This document shows positions 25,097-40,057 of a stretch of 64,000 bases of DNA, piece by piece; positions within the stretch are counted from its first letter, which is position 1, and the number at the start of each line of letters is the position of its first letter. The translations under genes and the position numbers were made by a program. Source of the DNA: Octopus vulgaris (lineage: Eukaryota); assembly GCA_951406725.2 (NCBI GenBank), contig OX597826.1:58714001-58778000 (forward strand), written 5' to 3'. The notes beneath the pieces were generated by a model, which worked only from the letters and a program-made list of their open reading frames with translations, had not been told where the DNA came from and made no database searches.

Positions 25097-25525
25097 GGTG
25101 GCGAGCTGGCAGAAACGTTAGCACGCCGGGCGAAATACTTAGCGGTATTTCGTCTGCCGCTACGTTCCGAGTTCAAATTCCGCCGAGGTCGACTTTGCCT
25201 TTCATCCTTTTGGGGTCGATTAAATTAGTACCAGTTACGCACTGGGGTCGATGTAATCGACTTAATCCCTTTGTCTGTCCTTGTTTGTCCCCTCTGTGTT
25301 TAGCCCCTTGTGGGCAGTAAAGAAATAAGAATTATTAGCACACCGAGCAAAATGCTTAGCGGCATTTCGTCCATCTTTACGTTCTGAGTTCAAATTCCAC
25401 CGAGGTCAACTTTACCTTTCATTCTTCCGGGGTCGATAAAATAAGTACCAGTTGAGCAGTGAAACCTTTTTCATCGATAAACCCCCTCCCAAAACCTGCT
25501 GGTTTTGTGCCAATCTATGAAATCA
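25097..25525 (+). mobile_element. SINE-A (25097-25328) followed by an older SINE-A-like copy
   Basis: GGCGAGCTGGCAGAAACGTTAGC head, GAGTTCAAATTCC B-box, core, and GTAAAGAAATA end. Confidence 0.9.
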
Positions 25526-26687
25526 GACCAACAGCGAATCGGCAGAATGGTTACAGCGTAAGCCAAAATGCCTTGCGATGATTGTTCTTAGTCCCTGTGT
25601 TCAAATATCATCCTTTTACTTTTCATCGATTCGCTGTCAATAAATAATAGTACAGGGTTGCTAGCCGGTGGAGTTCAGAGAGTGTTGGACGCTAAAAGGA
25701 ATTTCTTGAGATCTCTGATTTCTAACTTCAAATTCCGGTCTGTTCTCATCATGGCAGGAAACTTGTTCTTCGGGATCTAATAAGACATCAATGTCAAACG
25801 GAACTAAAACATCAAATAGACCAATAACTCTATGGCGTCATTGAAGAGCAAAAAACAAAAGAAAAAATGTCTAACGTTCTGATCCAATACTAAAATAAGA
25901 TAGACGCTAGGAAAGAAAGAAAAGAGAGCAGAGAAGGTGAAAAAAAATGTCTGTTAATACTTGAAAGTAAAATCCGAAATTTGATAAAAGTTGTGATGGT
26001 CCGTGTATCAGCCATAATTAATCAATAAGTGAGTTCTATGATTTCTAGAAAAGATCAATTGCTGTAAGGAGTGGCATTATTATTACGGCTGTAGTCAAGG
26101 AGACGCAATGTTGAATAATTTTAAAGACATAAACAATACAAAATTCAACCGTTTTCCTTTACTTCCTGAAATGAAATGCCACTACGGAATAGGTAGACTT
26201 TGGGTTTCACTCCTTTTGAATCAATAACTCTCAGGCAGTGGGCAGAGAACGAGTTTGATTGATATTATAGTACGATCACGTACTGGTCAGTCTCTGAAAC
26301 AGATGCCAATTGGCCAGCCATCCTCCGAGTTCAGTACTGGTTTCTGTAATATATATTAGAGTCGATTCAATTGACTATGTCCATCTACTACAAAGATGTG
26401 ACCATTCTCTCTCTATTATTCTACCTTCTGTCTTTATCTGTCACTATATTATATATTCTCAGTCTCCTTCTTCTCTATTTCTTTAATATCTACTTCGCTA
26501 TTTCTTTAAAAATATTTTTGTACGTATGTAGTATGTATGTCTCTTCTGTTTTTTTAATTATTATAAATCTTCCACTGAAGAGGGAGCCACTTTCCATCAT
26601 ATGTATGAATGTATGTATGTATGTATGTATGTATGTATGTATGTATGTATGTATGTATGTATGTATGTACGCATGTATCTGAAGCCT

Positions 26688-27022
26688 CATGGCTTAGTGG
26701 ATAGAGCGTCGGGGTCATAATCATGAGGTAGTGAGTCCGATCCCTGGGCAGGGCTGTTTTGTGTTCTTGGACAAGAACTTTTTTTTTTCACATTCCTCTA
26801 GTTCATTCAGCTGTAAAAATGAGTTGCGACATCACTGGTGCCAAGCTGTATAAACCTTTGTCTTTCCCTTGGATAACATTGGTAGCGTGGGGAAGGGAAA
26901 CTGGTAAGCATGGGCGACTGGTGGTCTTCCATAAAACAAAGCTTGTCCGGACTTGTGCCTCGGAGGGGAACTTTCTAGGTACTATCCATGGTGTCTCATG
27001 ACCAAAGTGGGTCTTTATTCTT
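26688..27022 (+). mobile_element. SINE family C
   Basis: Aligns to 5812-6145. Confidence 0.88.
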
Positions 27023-27574
27023 TACCGTTTCTCTCTCTCTCGCCATCCTCTCTCCCTTTCTCTCTCTCCCCCTCTCTCTCTCTCTATCTATCTATCTACC
27101 TACCTACCTGTCTGTTTGTTTGTTTGTCTGTCTCTCTAATGATACATTTTTTTTTATCTTCATTCAATCTTTAATATTGCTCTTGTAGCTGTTCACCTTT
27201 AATATTTTCTTCTTTGCAACTGCGTTCCGTTCTCTTGTGATTTAAGAAAAAATCTTAACTATTTTGCTTCGTTCCTTCTCTCCCTACCTTTTATTATCTC
27301 TAATCTGTCTGCTGGGATATTATTATTATCTAAAAACTATGAATATCAGGTTGAAAGAAAAAAGAAGCACACACACACACACACACACACACAAAAGTAT
27401 TAATAATAATATTAATAAAATTATTATTGAAAAAAATAATAATAACGAAATCGCAAAATACATACATAGACACATACATACATATATATTATATATATAT
27501 ATACATATATATTATATATATATATATATGTATACATATACATCCATCCATCCATCCATCCATCGATTCATACA

Positions 27575-27608
<34 letters not shown>

Positions 27609-27622
27609 CATACATACATATT

Positions 27623-27661
<39 letters not shown>

Positions 27662-28012
27662 AATACATTGTAGCAAAATATGAAGACAAATAAATATGAT
27701 TAAATAAACAATCAAATAATAAAGAAAGAAAGAAGTCGCGTCAATATTTAAGGTTGCTTTGTCAATCTTGGAACAAAGAAAGCAGAATGTAATTTTGAAT
27801 TAAATATATCAAAAGAAAACGATTAGTGGAAACCGTTTGCCACTCTCACTCGCAGCGTGTGCTATTTAGTATTCTGGTAAAACAATCAACAGAAGAAAAA
27901 CAAAGTCAATAATGTTTATGTTGTTTAACCCCAAGTCAAAGGTCGTCAACTCACGGTCTTTGTCTCTTAGACAGTGGTCTATACTCTCTAATAGAGTTAC
28001 CATATTTTTTAA

Positions 28013-28243
28013 GGCGGTGAGCTGGCAGAAACGTTAGCACGTCGGGCGAAATGCGTAGCCGTATTTCGTCTGCCGTTACGTTCTGAGTTCAAATTCCGCC
28101 GAGGTCGACTTTGCCTTTCATCCTTTCGGGGTCGATAAATTAAGTACCAGTTACGCACTAGGGTCGATATAATCGACTTAATCCGTTTGTCTGTCCTTGT
28201 TTGTCCCCTCTGTGTTTAGCCCCTTGTGGGTAGTAAAGAAATA
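28013..28243 (+). mobile_element. SINE family A, full-length monomer
   Basis: 12-bp TSD CATATTTTTTAA at 28001-28012 and 28244-28255. Confidence 0.92.
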
Positions 28244-28743
28244 CATATTTTTTAAAGATGGTAGAGAGCAAGGGAAAGGGAATTTGGCTGCTGTTTCTAG
28301 CCGATCGCGATACCATATAGAAAATTTCATGGAGGGGTCTTAATAGGAAACCAAGAAGTGGGTTAGAGGTAAAATTTATAGTATTCAGATTGGCGAGTGA
28401 AAATTCGTTATAAATGTTTGATCGCTGAGTGGGTGAAAAAAGGGAGTGAAGGGCCCTGGACATGCGGGATTGAATGAGTAATTGAGCAAGGGATAAGTGA
28501 GTGAAAGAGTGAGAATCCGAATAAATAGGTGACTAGATAATTCAGGGAGTGTGGGGGCGATGACGTGTGTGATTGGGTGAGTAATTTTGTGAGTAGTGTT
28601 GCACTTTTACAATTTTTATTAGATTGACACCATGTTTAAATCTAAAAATACCATATGTATTGAACCTTAAGGAATTTACTACCTATATATATATACATAC
28701 ATACATACATACATACATACATACATACATACATACATACATT

Positions 28744-28841
<98 letters not shown>

Positions 28842-28925
28842 ATATATTTGTGTGTGTATACATGCATAAACACACATTTATATATACATTTATATAATAT
28901 ATATATGTATATATATATACACACA

Positions 28926-29027
<102 letters not shown>

Positions 29028-29139
29028 TATACATGAAGAAGGGCTCTTAACACCGAAGTATTGAAATACAAGGAAAAGTACTAACCATCGACTTGTATTA
29101 TTTACAACTTCCATGGTGTTAGCTTCATTAAAAAAACTT

Positions 29140-29170
<31 letters not shown>

Positions 29171-29889
29171 AAATAAATAGGTGACTAGGTAGTCGAGTGA
29201 GGGATACGACAAATCAGGAGTGAGTGAATTACTAGGAGTGTAAGATGAGTGTATGAGTGAGTAATTGAGCTAATAAAGAATCAGATATGAATGAGTAACT
29301 GAGTGACTGAGTAATTAAATATGTCAAGGGATAAGAATGTGTGTGATTGAATAATTGAGCGAGGGCTGGTTCAGTGAATAATTGAGTAAGTGAGGAGTGA
29401 ATAAATTGATGAATGAGTGACAAGTGTGTGACTGATTGTGAAGCTATGTGACTTATCGAAAGAGCGAACGAATATGAAATTGATTGATTGCATGAATGAC
29501 TGATAGTGTGAGCGTCGGCTGTGTGACTAATGAAATAATTGATTTGACTAACAGATTTAATGACTAAAGTGTGAATGGAAGACTACGAAATTGATTGGTT
29601 GTACAAGTTACTTAGAGTGACTAATGTGTGTGTATATATACATACATACATACATACACAAACACATATATATGTGTGTGTGTGATTTGAGTTAGCGATT
29701 CAGCGTGTATGTGTATTAGTGGATGGATGAATGAGCCAAATGGGATTTTGTACGTGACTGACTGAGGGATTAAGGACTCACTAATTTGAGTAATCCAATA
29801 AAAGATGGAGTGACCAAGCGTGTCAATGATTATATAGACTCTCGAGATACTCTCGTAAGATGAAGAATCAACTCCAAAATCTGACAAAT

Positions 29890-31746
29890 ACAACAACAAG
29901 CACTACCACCACCACCACCACCAACATTATCGTCACCATCAACCCTCCACCATAAGCGTTCTTTCCACCTCCACCGCCACCACCACCACCACCACCACCA
30001 CCACCATGACCACCACCGCTTTTGGAACCACAATCATCACCAACACAAACACCACTGCCACCGCCACTACTGCCATCACCATGATGACCATTGAGACGAC
30101 CACAATCATCATCCTCATCATTATCATCATCATCACCATCACCATCACCATCATCAACATCAGTAGACGAAGCAGGAACAGCATCAGTACCACCATCACC
30201 ACCACCACCACCACCACCAACACCACAACCACCACCATTGCCTGCAGCAGCAGCAACAGCCATTGTGACAAACCACCAGCACTCTCACCACTATCACTAT
30301 CACGATATCACCACCACCAACAATAACAGCAGCAACATTATCACCACCGCCACCACTAACGCTGCTGCCACTAACACTCCCCTCAACTTTGCCACCAGTA
30401 CTACTATCTTCAATATCACCACCACCACCAACAACAACAACAATAACAACAGCTACAACACCGACACCACCACCACTGCTGTCACCGCAAACACTGCTGT
30501 CACTTTCGTCACCGCCAGTACCCACAATCTTCAATACCACCATCGCCACCATCACTACCACCTCCACTACCACCAAACAACTACAACACCAGCCACCACC
30601 ACCGCCACTACCACCACCATCACCTCTACTACCATCAAACAACAACTACAATACCAGCCATTCCACCACCATCACCTCCATTACCACCAAACAACAACTA
30701 CAACATCAGCCACCACCACCACCACTACCACCACCATCACCTCTACTACCATCAAACAACAACTACAACACCAGCCACCACAACACCACTACCACCACCA
30801 CTACCACCACCATCACCTCCACTACCACCAAAGAACAACTACAACACCAGCCACAACACCACTACCACCACCATCACCTCCACTACCACCAAACAACAAC
30901 TACAACACCAGCTACACCACCACCACCGCCACCACCTCCACTACTACCAAACAACAGCTACAACACCAGCCACAACACCACCACCACCACCACCATCACC
31001 TCCACTACCACCAAACAACATCTACAACACCAGCCACTCCACCACCACTACCACCACCATCACCTCCACTACCACCAAACAACAACTACATCACCAGCCA
31101 CACACCACCACCACCACCTCCACTACCACTAAACAACAACTACATCACCAGCCACACCACCACCACCTCCACTACCACCAAACAACAACTACCACACCAC
31201 CACTACCACCACCACCACCACCACCACCTCCACTACCACCAAACAACAACTACATCACCAGCCACTCCACCACCACTACCATCACCTCCACTACCACCAA
31301 ACAACAACTACAACACCAACCACACCACGGCCACGACCACCACCGCCACCACCACCACCACCACCACCACCACCATCACCACCATCATATACCAGTCATA
31401 CATAGTTTTCGATTCGAACAAGCGTTAATGATGTAGCTATTATGATATGTCAGTCAACACCCAATCAAAAGGCTTCAGTAAGTTATCTGCAGGTCGTTTT
31501 GCTGCACAGCAGTTAATATTTCTCGGCCAATAATTACAAGCTTCTAGTGATCCGATTTTAATGAGGCACACATTTCCCGCCTCAAATGAATTTTGCCGGC
31601 GGCATTCTGCACAGTTTATCGAATCAATGCTCCTTGCACACGATCGTTTTCGCTCACCACCACCACCACCAATGTCACCCCCATGATCCTCGTCTTCGTG
31701 ATCGTTGTCATCGTCAGCATTTCCAGCAACCAGCACCAACTTCAAT

Positions 31747-31783
<37 letters not shown>

Positions 31784-32075
31784 CTAAACTAAATCCGAGA
31801 AGCAACATCAGCAATCACAACCGCCGCCATCACCGCCACTACCACCACCACCACCAGCACAACCATCCATTTCTACAACCATTCTCACCATCACCACCAT
31901 CATCATCATCACCACCATCATCACAATTTCTACAATTGTCATCATCACCATCACCACCACCACCACCACCACCACCACCACCTTCATCATCATCATCATC
32001 ATCATCATCACCACCACCATCACAATTTCTACAATTGTCATCATCATCACCATCGCCACCACCACCACCACCACC

Positions 32076-32106
<31 letters not shown>

Positions 32107-32213
32107 CCACCACCGTCACAATTTCTACAATTGTCATCATCACCACCACCACCACCACTACCACCACCACCACCACCACCACCACCACCACCACCACCAC
32201 CACCACCACCACC

Positions 32214-32258
<45 letters not shown>

Positions 32259-33520
32259 GTCGTCATCACCATCATCGTCAACTTCATCATCACCACCACC
32301 AACACCATCCTCCTCCTCCCCTTCATCCTGCTCATCCTCTTCGCCGTCGTCATCATCATCATCATTTCTATCACCACTACCACCACCACTATCCTTCTCT
32401 TCCACCTGCTCCTCCTCTTCTTTATCATCGTCATCAACGTTCCCATAACCACCAATTCGCAGAATTCAACTCCATTATCACAAACTCCAATAACACCAAC
32501 ACACTCCACTCACACCACCACCACCACCACCACCACCACCACTACCAACAACAACAATAACAACAACAACAACAACAACATCAAAACCATCTCCCCTCTT
32601 CACAGAATCTTTAAGTGGTTACTCCACCTGCCTAAAATAGCAGCCGAATCACTTCCTCATTATACCGTAACGTTTATAAGCGTTGTTTGACACAAAGGAA
32701 AAGATGCGACGGACAATTCTAGAACGGCCTTTGGTCATGACATGAATTTTGTTTGTTGATCAGAATGGATGCGTGGAGGTATAAACAGCAAAGTAATCAT
32801 CACGACGACGACGGAGGACACGTTAAGAACCAAAATACTATGAACACCCTAACACAACCGACGTCACCATCATCACCACAACAACCTCAACCACCATCAT
32901 TAACACACCCATTGCCATCACCACCACCACCATCATTACCATCACGACCATCAACAACCATCATCATCACCACCATCAACCATCATCATCACCACAACTA
33001 AGACAGCCGCCACCACCAACATTATCACCACAATTACCACCGCCATTACCACCACCACAACCATTACACCACCACCACCACAACCACCACTGTTAACCAT
33101 CATCATCACCACCAGCCATAGCATCACCACAACTAAGACATCCACCACCACCACCACCACCATTACCCTCACCACAGTCAGCACCACCACCACCGAAAGC
33201 ATCTTCATCACCACCATCAGCACCACATCGAGCACCAATGCAATCAACACCATACCACCATCATCGATACCATCACTATAACCGCTAGTACTACCATACC
33301 ACTCCACCATTACCACAACCATCACCACCACTGCTATCACCTCCTCGGCTATCATTACCACAATCACCACCATCGTGACCTACTCCACCGTCATCTCCCG
33401 CTACATCCATCCCCGTCGACACCATCCCACGCCACCAAAATTCCCGGCATCATCATCGCTACTACAACCACCACTACCACCGTCACCTCCACCCACCGAT
33501 CCTCCAAAACACCCCACAAG
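29890..33520. repeat. Long (CAC/CAT/CAA)n low-complexity region with embedded minisatellites
   Basis: Unit of about 60 bp CACCTCCACTACCACCAAACAACAACTACAACACCAGC repeated across 30555-31325. Unit TCACAATTTCTACAATTGTC x3 at 31920-32135. Confidence 0.9.
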
Positions 33521-33919
33521 AACCACTGGTGCCCAAATCACTGCAGCCGCCATCGCCGTTGGTGAAATAACAGCGAATCAATTGTTAGATTAACAAATCG
33601 CAATTTTTGTCATAAAGCGATAGACTTGCGCAGAGTGTGAACTCATGGAAATGGAAAGAAACAACACCAGCCTTGCACTCACGGGAAAGGCACACGCGCG
33701 TGAATCATACACACCTACGTATGTACGAGAGTATAAAAGCATGTGTGCGGTGGGTTTGGGTTTGTATGTGTGCCTATGTGTCGGTCAGTGCTGCACACAT
33801 ACATCACACTATTATACAAATTTGTCCATATATATATATATATATATATATATGTCATGTGCATCTTTACCATACATTTCTCATTTATTATATATACATA
33901 CATGCATATATATATATAC

Positions 33920-33957
<38 letters not shown>

Positions 33958-34028
33958 ATATATATATACATATATATATATACATATATATATACACATA
34001 TATATTTATACATATATATATATGTATC

Positions 34029-34059
<31 letters not shown>

Positions 34060-34067
34060 GTATATGT

Positions 34068-34190
<123 letters not shown>

Positions 34191-34309
34191 CACATGTTTG
34201 CGTAGATATTTTAACATACGCTTATACAAACATGTCGAAGTCATTCTCTAAAAATTAATGATGAATTATGCATAAATGTGTGTAAATATATACATACATA
34301 CGTACATAC

Positions 34310-34364
<55 letters not shown>

Positions 34365-35146
34365 ATATATGTGCATATATATATATATAAGTATAAGTAT
34401 ATGTGTATGTATGTATACAAGCACATACACATACAGTTCATATATACATATACATAAATATTACAATCGATGCACATACACTTGCGTATGCATGTGTATG
34501 TTCAAGAGGGTATAAAATATTGAAACACGCACACATACACACAAGCATATACGTACATCTATATACACATACACACTCGTATAGGCAATTGTACATATAT
34601 ACATATGTGTGTGTATACATATATATATATATATGTGTGTGTATGTATGTGTGTATGTGTGTATATGTATTTAGATAGACACCGCTTGTGTCACACACTC
34701 GCGTACATGTAATTATATATATGTACTCGTGTTTTCTTAGTGTATATATGTATATAGTTGTGAGTGTATACAGTGGTGTCAGAGCGTGTTTAAGTGATAA
34801 TAACCTCTAATGACATGATTTAGGGAAATAATTGTGAAATCTATAATGTTTCACCATCTCCGCTCAGTTAAACATTGCACATGATGCTTAATGTAACTTC
34901 TGCAAGGTTCCCTCCGTGTTCTATTCACACAAGCATACATACATACATACATACATACATACATACATACATACATACATACATACATACATACATACAT
35001 ACACACACAACCACGCATATACGTCCGTACAAACATATACATACACAGTCACCGTTCTAAGGTGTACGCATACACAAAAATGTGCATACATACATCATGT
35101 ATATGTGTGTGTATGCGTGTGTGCATACATATGTATATATATGTTA

Positions 35147-35181
<35 letters not shown>

Positions 35182-35963
35182 TATAAAAGTCAGTACAAGC
35201 ATATACATACACAGTCTCCGTTCAAAATTGTACGCATGCACAAAAATGTGTGTGTGTGTGTGTATAAATGTCCGTGTGTATATGTGGGAGTCTGCGTGTG
35301 TACGTGTATGTGAATACTTATATGTGAAAATACAGTCATACATACATAGGTGGATGGGAATACACACACGAACCCCACACACGCGTACAAATACATTTAC
35401 AAACTCATAAGGTTATCTCCGAGAAAATCTTTTCATATAAGTCTTAGGAAAGTCATAATATATTGTTTCTATTTCTCTAAGTATTACACTTTGGAAGAAC
35501 AACGTCTGAAATAATATATATATGGACTGGTCATTATTTTCAGACCTCCTCTCTCTACCCTTCCTGTGTTTCTAGTCCTTTAGGACAGTTTTCATTTCTC
35601 CTTCGCGTTACCCATGTTTGTCTTGTCTGGCAGCCCTAAGACATTTTTTGCTGTATATGTATTATTTTAATTTTAATTGTTGTTTTCGTGCGGCCCTAAG
35701 CTTTTATTCTGGTTATTAGTTTGCCCTTCGTCCGTTTATTAACGATCTCGTCTCGAGCCTCTCTCGTCTTGTTACGTTTTGGTCCCATTCCTGGCAAGTT
35801 TCTAGCCGGTGCCTCCAGAGTCGAAGCAATATTATCGATAATGGCCGAAATTGCGTTTGACTCTCTGGCCGATAACTAAAGAGGAGCTAGTGACCTTCTA
35901 CGTTTACTGTTTGTGTATTTAGTATATATTCGCATGTTTATTTACTACACGTTTTTTTAAAAT

Positions 35964-36018
<55 letters not shown>

Positions 36019-36025
36019 ACACATA

Positions 36026-36565
36026 TTAGGTTGTTTCACATGAAATGTCGTATATGAAAGGTAACAATATAATGTTGTTTCAGAAGTATTAGAGAACTGA
36101 TTTATTTAATCAAAGTGTGATCAATGTTCATTTATGACCTTTACCCAACGTTTCCCTATGTCATATATTCCATCTTTAAAAGAAAAATTCATCTTTTGCT
36201 GTGATAAACTGTCCCAATGCTTCAATTATCTATTTTCTTTCTAAGAATGTTTTATTGCATATGAAAGGCTCAAAAGGCTTCAATAAGTGGTAATAAGTAC
36301 GCGAGGTAGTAGGGGAATAGAGAGGATGTTGCAAAATCTCCTAATTAAGGTTTTGAAACTTTTGAACCGTAGCTTCAATAGTCTGAGGACGTGCATTGTC
36401 GTGGAGCAAAATTTGGCCACCTCCATTCAATAGTTTAGATGGTTTGTTTTTCAAATTCTCATGCATATACTCAATTTCCTGGCAATACGATGTTGGTATT
36501 ACCGTTTTTCCTTCTAGCAAAAATGAATAAGGAATAACTCCCTTCGCAGACCACCATACATACAT
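36026..36565 (-). mobile_element. Decayed mariner, 3' half
   Basis: VWWSAKGVI...LLHDNARPQT...EILQHPLYSP motifs. TIR-like TTAGGTTGTTTCACATGAAATGTCG at 36026. Confidence 0.88.
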
Positions 36566-36899
36566 GCACGCACACTTATGTATACATTAAAGTATTAGCA
36601 ATGAAATAAAGAAACACCGAGTAACAGTTCATTCTTTGCGTATCTAAGTGAAGTGCGTAATTGCTACCTTATCAACGTATTATGTTACTGAATAACTGTG
36701 CTTTTAGTTATGTGTGCGTAACGGACATACATACAAACTACATATGTATATATATATATGCGTGCGAGTGTGTGTGTATACATTTTTTGTGCGTAAAATA
36801 CGAAAAACAATCGACGCTTCCAAAGTGTGTTTACAAATGTTGTTCCATTCCAAAAGCTGTTATTATCTAGCGTTAAATCTTACTCTGATTGTTGTCAAC

Positions 36900-37073
36900 G
36901 GGCCTTTTAACGTAATGGAATGGCAGAGTACGCAGCCGGTATGTGAGGAGTACGGGTTCGAATCCCGTAGATGTCCGCTGATGACTTCTTTCCGTCTTAT
37001 AAGAGTAAAATACCCAGTCCTTTTGTTGTTTCCACGACCACACAGCATTCGAAATTTACTTTCTTGTCCGTAA

Positions 37074-37078
<5 letters not shown>
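36900..37078 (+). mobile_element. tRNA-related SINE-like fragment
   Basis: Perfect B-box GGTTCGAATCCC at about 36956-36966 but no complete cloverleaf. Followed by (CATA)n. Confidence 0.5.
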
Positions 37079-37172
<94 letters not shown>

Positions 37173-37431
37173 TCTGTTTTTTATATAAATTTTCATCTGT
37201 CCTGCCCGCCAAATTTGATTCTGGTTTCACTGAATTTTTCCTCTAGAGAACTTTCTTTGTAGTTTGATCGTTGATGATCTATTTCTAGCATACGGCCGAC
37301 TACCTAGCAGTCTTGCCCTGCCAATATACACATATATTAGAATTTTCTCTGATTTCTCAGATTTTTTGTATGCTAGACTACTGGTTTTAAATTGATATTA
37401 AAATTAATATTAATTTATCTCCCTCATTATT

Positions 37432-37468
<37 letters not shown>

Positions 37469-37469
37469 C

Positions 37470-38010
37470 TTGTGTCCCAAAGAAAGACGAACTTTTAAAA
37501 CGACTATGTTTTGACTGTAGTCTGATAATAGCTACGCTGCATCGCTTCCGTAAGTTAGCCACCAACACTTGTTACAAGGAACGTATGTTTAGTGCTCTTA
37601 GGATATCGTTTCAAGTTGTTAAGCAATGAAGAATTTCGACGAGCAACGGGTTTGTGCGAAGAGAAACTTCAGTTTCAGAAGAAATATTTACGGTAAATAA
37701 TCTAATGTAGTATCAAACCAATAGCGAGGATTATTTTGAACCATATGCAATGTCAGGAGTGAATGCTGCACGCTCATCACAAAAAACTGGTTATCCCCTC
37801 CTCTCCTTATCTCTCCTCTCCCAGCCGATCTATAGTCCCGATTTAGCCCTTCGGGATATCTATTTTTCTTCATAGAAATGAAATCCAATGTGGAAGTTAC
37901 AGATTTCAGAAAATTCTCTACAAAAGCAGATCGTGCGCAAAACCAGATGATAATAATTGCCTAATAGAGCTGTTGCAAAACGTTTGCTTCTTTGGCACGG
38001 CCTGAATAAT
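37470..38010 (+). mobile_element. Highly decayed mariner derivative
   Basis: MKNFDEQRVCAK start motif at about 37626 and QPIYSPDLA at about 37822-37848. Confidence 0.7.
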
Positions 38011-38139
38011 CGCGAAAGTATTAGTAGAAGTGAACAGATAGCAAAGTACCGTCGGCTGCATGTAGGAAGGCCGCTTCGTATGCGTGATTCCAGGAGTTTC
38101 AACAACAAGAACAACCACAACAATATTATTATTATTATA

Positions 38140-38195
<56 letters not shown>

Positions 38196-38209
38196 TTATC
38201 ATTATTATT

Positions 38210-38743
38210 GAGTGAGAGAGCAGTGCATGCCATCAAAGTGACTCTGGGGTACAAATATACGAAGCCCAGTATACCCATCATGACTACCCGTCTGATAAGG
38301 GTACACCAGGCACATGCATCACAACCATGCGCGACATGGTGATCTCATAACAAGATAAACAGCGCATGACCTTGCGGATGGGGCCCAGTTAGAATTTTCT
38401 TCTGGTTGGGTAACCCATCCCACTCAAAAGGTCCCTGATTAAGGGTTGTTTAAGGATGTTGAATGAAACACCCATGTTTCCAGAGGTGATTCATTCAAAC
38501 CCCAAAGAATCCCTCTCAACACATGGCTATGATGCTCGCCCACTACTTCTACTTGTGATCAGAGATGCACATAACGTCAGCCACTAAGGGACATGCTCAA
38601 CTGGTTACGGTCAAACAACTGACAAGCAAATCTGTGGTATTGAGCAGAATATTTGCTGTAGCCATCTTTTATACCAAGATAACATGATAACGCTTCCAGT
38701 CAGTTAAGATCAGAAGCCATGAAAGCCGCTGCCTAGTACTGCA
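38210..38743 (-). mobile_element. 3' end of the (AAT)n-associated retroelement, longer copy
   Basis: Homologous to 7773-8077 and flanked by ATT/AAT repeats. A further stub lies at 38817-38848. Confidence 0.7.
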
Positions 38744-38802
<59 letters not shown>

Positions 38803-40006
38803 GTGTTATTATTATTGAGTAAGAGAGCAGTGCATGCCATCACAGTGAATTTGAACCTAAATGTGCACTCAGATGAAATCCCGCTAAACATTTTGTCCAA
38901 CGTTGCTAACGATTCTGCCAGCTCGCAGCCTCTTTCTGCCAGCTCAATAATAATTTCACATTTTGGAACAAGGCCAGCAATTTCAGGAGAGGAGGTACTT
39001 CGATTATCTCGACCCCAGTGCTCAACTGGTACTCATATCGACTCCGAAAGAATGAAAGAGAAAGTCAACGTCGTCGGTATCTGAAGTCAAAACGCAAAAC
39101 CGGAAGAAATGCCGTTAAGCATTTCATCCGGCATGCTAACTAATCTGCTGCCTCGAAAATGCTAGAAGCAATGTATCAAGAATGAAGGAAGTGGGTTTGA
39201 AAGAATCAAAACTCATTAAACTGTAAATAAAGCTCAAGTTTAGATTCGTTTTCGAAAAATCTCATACATAAGTGTGTCTTTTTATATGCTCTTATGCATG
39301 TGTGTGAGTGCATATCTGTGTGCCTGTGTGCGTGCGTACATGTGTTTGAGCGTGAGTGCCTGGGTGTGTATGTGTGTGTGTTTGTGTGTGTGTGCGTGCG
39401 CATGTGTGTGAATGTGAGTACTTGCGTGCGTTTGTGAGTTTTGTGCACGAGTATGTGTATGAGGGCGAACGCGAGTGTTTGTGTGTATATGTGTGTGCGT
39501 AAATGTTTGTCATTATGTATGTGAGCGTGTGTCGGTGTGGTGTGAGTGTACTTGTATATATAAGTGTGAATCCGAATGTGTGTGTGTGTGTGTGTGTGTG
39601 TGTATGCGTGTGTTATTGCGAATGTTTGTATGTATGTGTGTATGCATGTAAGCGTGTCTGTATTTGTGCGTGCATGTGCGTGAGTATGTGTGTGCGTGAG
39701 CGCGAATGCTTGCATGTATGTATGAGAGTGTGCGTGGGTGTACGTGTGAGTTTATCTATATCTGTATACGTGTATGTGTGTGTAAGTGTGCGTGTGTGTA
39801 TGTTTGTGTGTGTAAGTGTTTGTGTGTGTGTGCGCATGCGTGAACTGGCAGTGGATAACAGTATTTTCTAAACAATGTTTCCCAACGCTTCCCTTCATTT
39901 TCAATGTCGCTCTGGTGTCAACCGTAGAGAAAAATGAAAAGTTGTCTGTATTACTAATAATGAAGAATGGGAGGTAAAAGGTGATGTTTGGGACGTGACC
40001 TGTCAA

Positions 40007-40057
40007 CCGATAGAGGGCGCCACAATTACACGGCGGATGGCGAACGGTAGATGGCAG
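40007..40057 (+). promoter_or_regulatory. Cluster of three CTCF-like motifs
   Basis: CCGATAGAGGGCGC (40007), ACGGCGGATGGCGA (40030), ACGGTAGATGGCAG (40044). Confidence 0.5.

Noticed and set aside
30091-31428. 445-aa ORF (longest in the track)
   Set aside because: Translation of CAC/CAA repeats with a non-ATG start and no domain. Stop-free because of composition.
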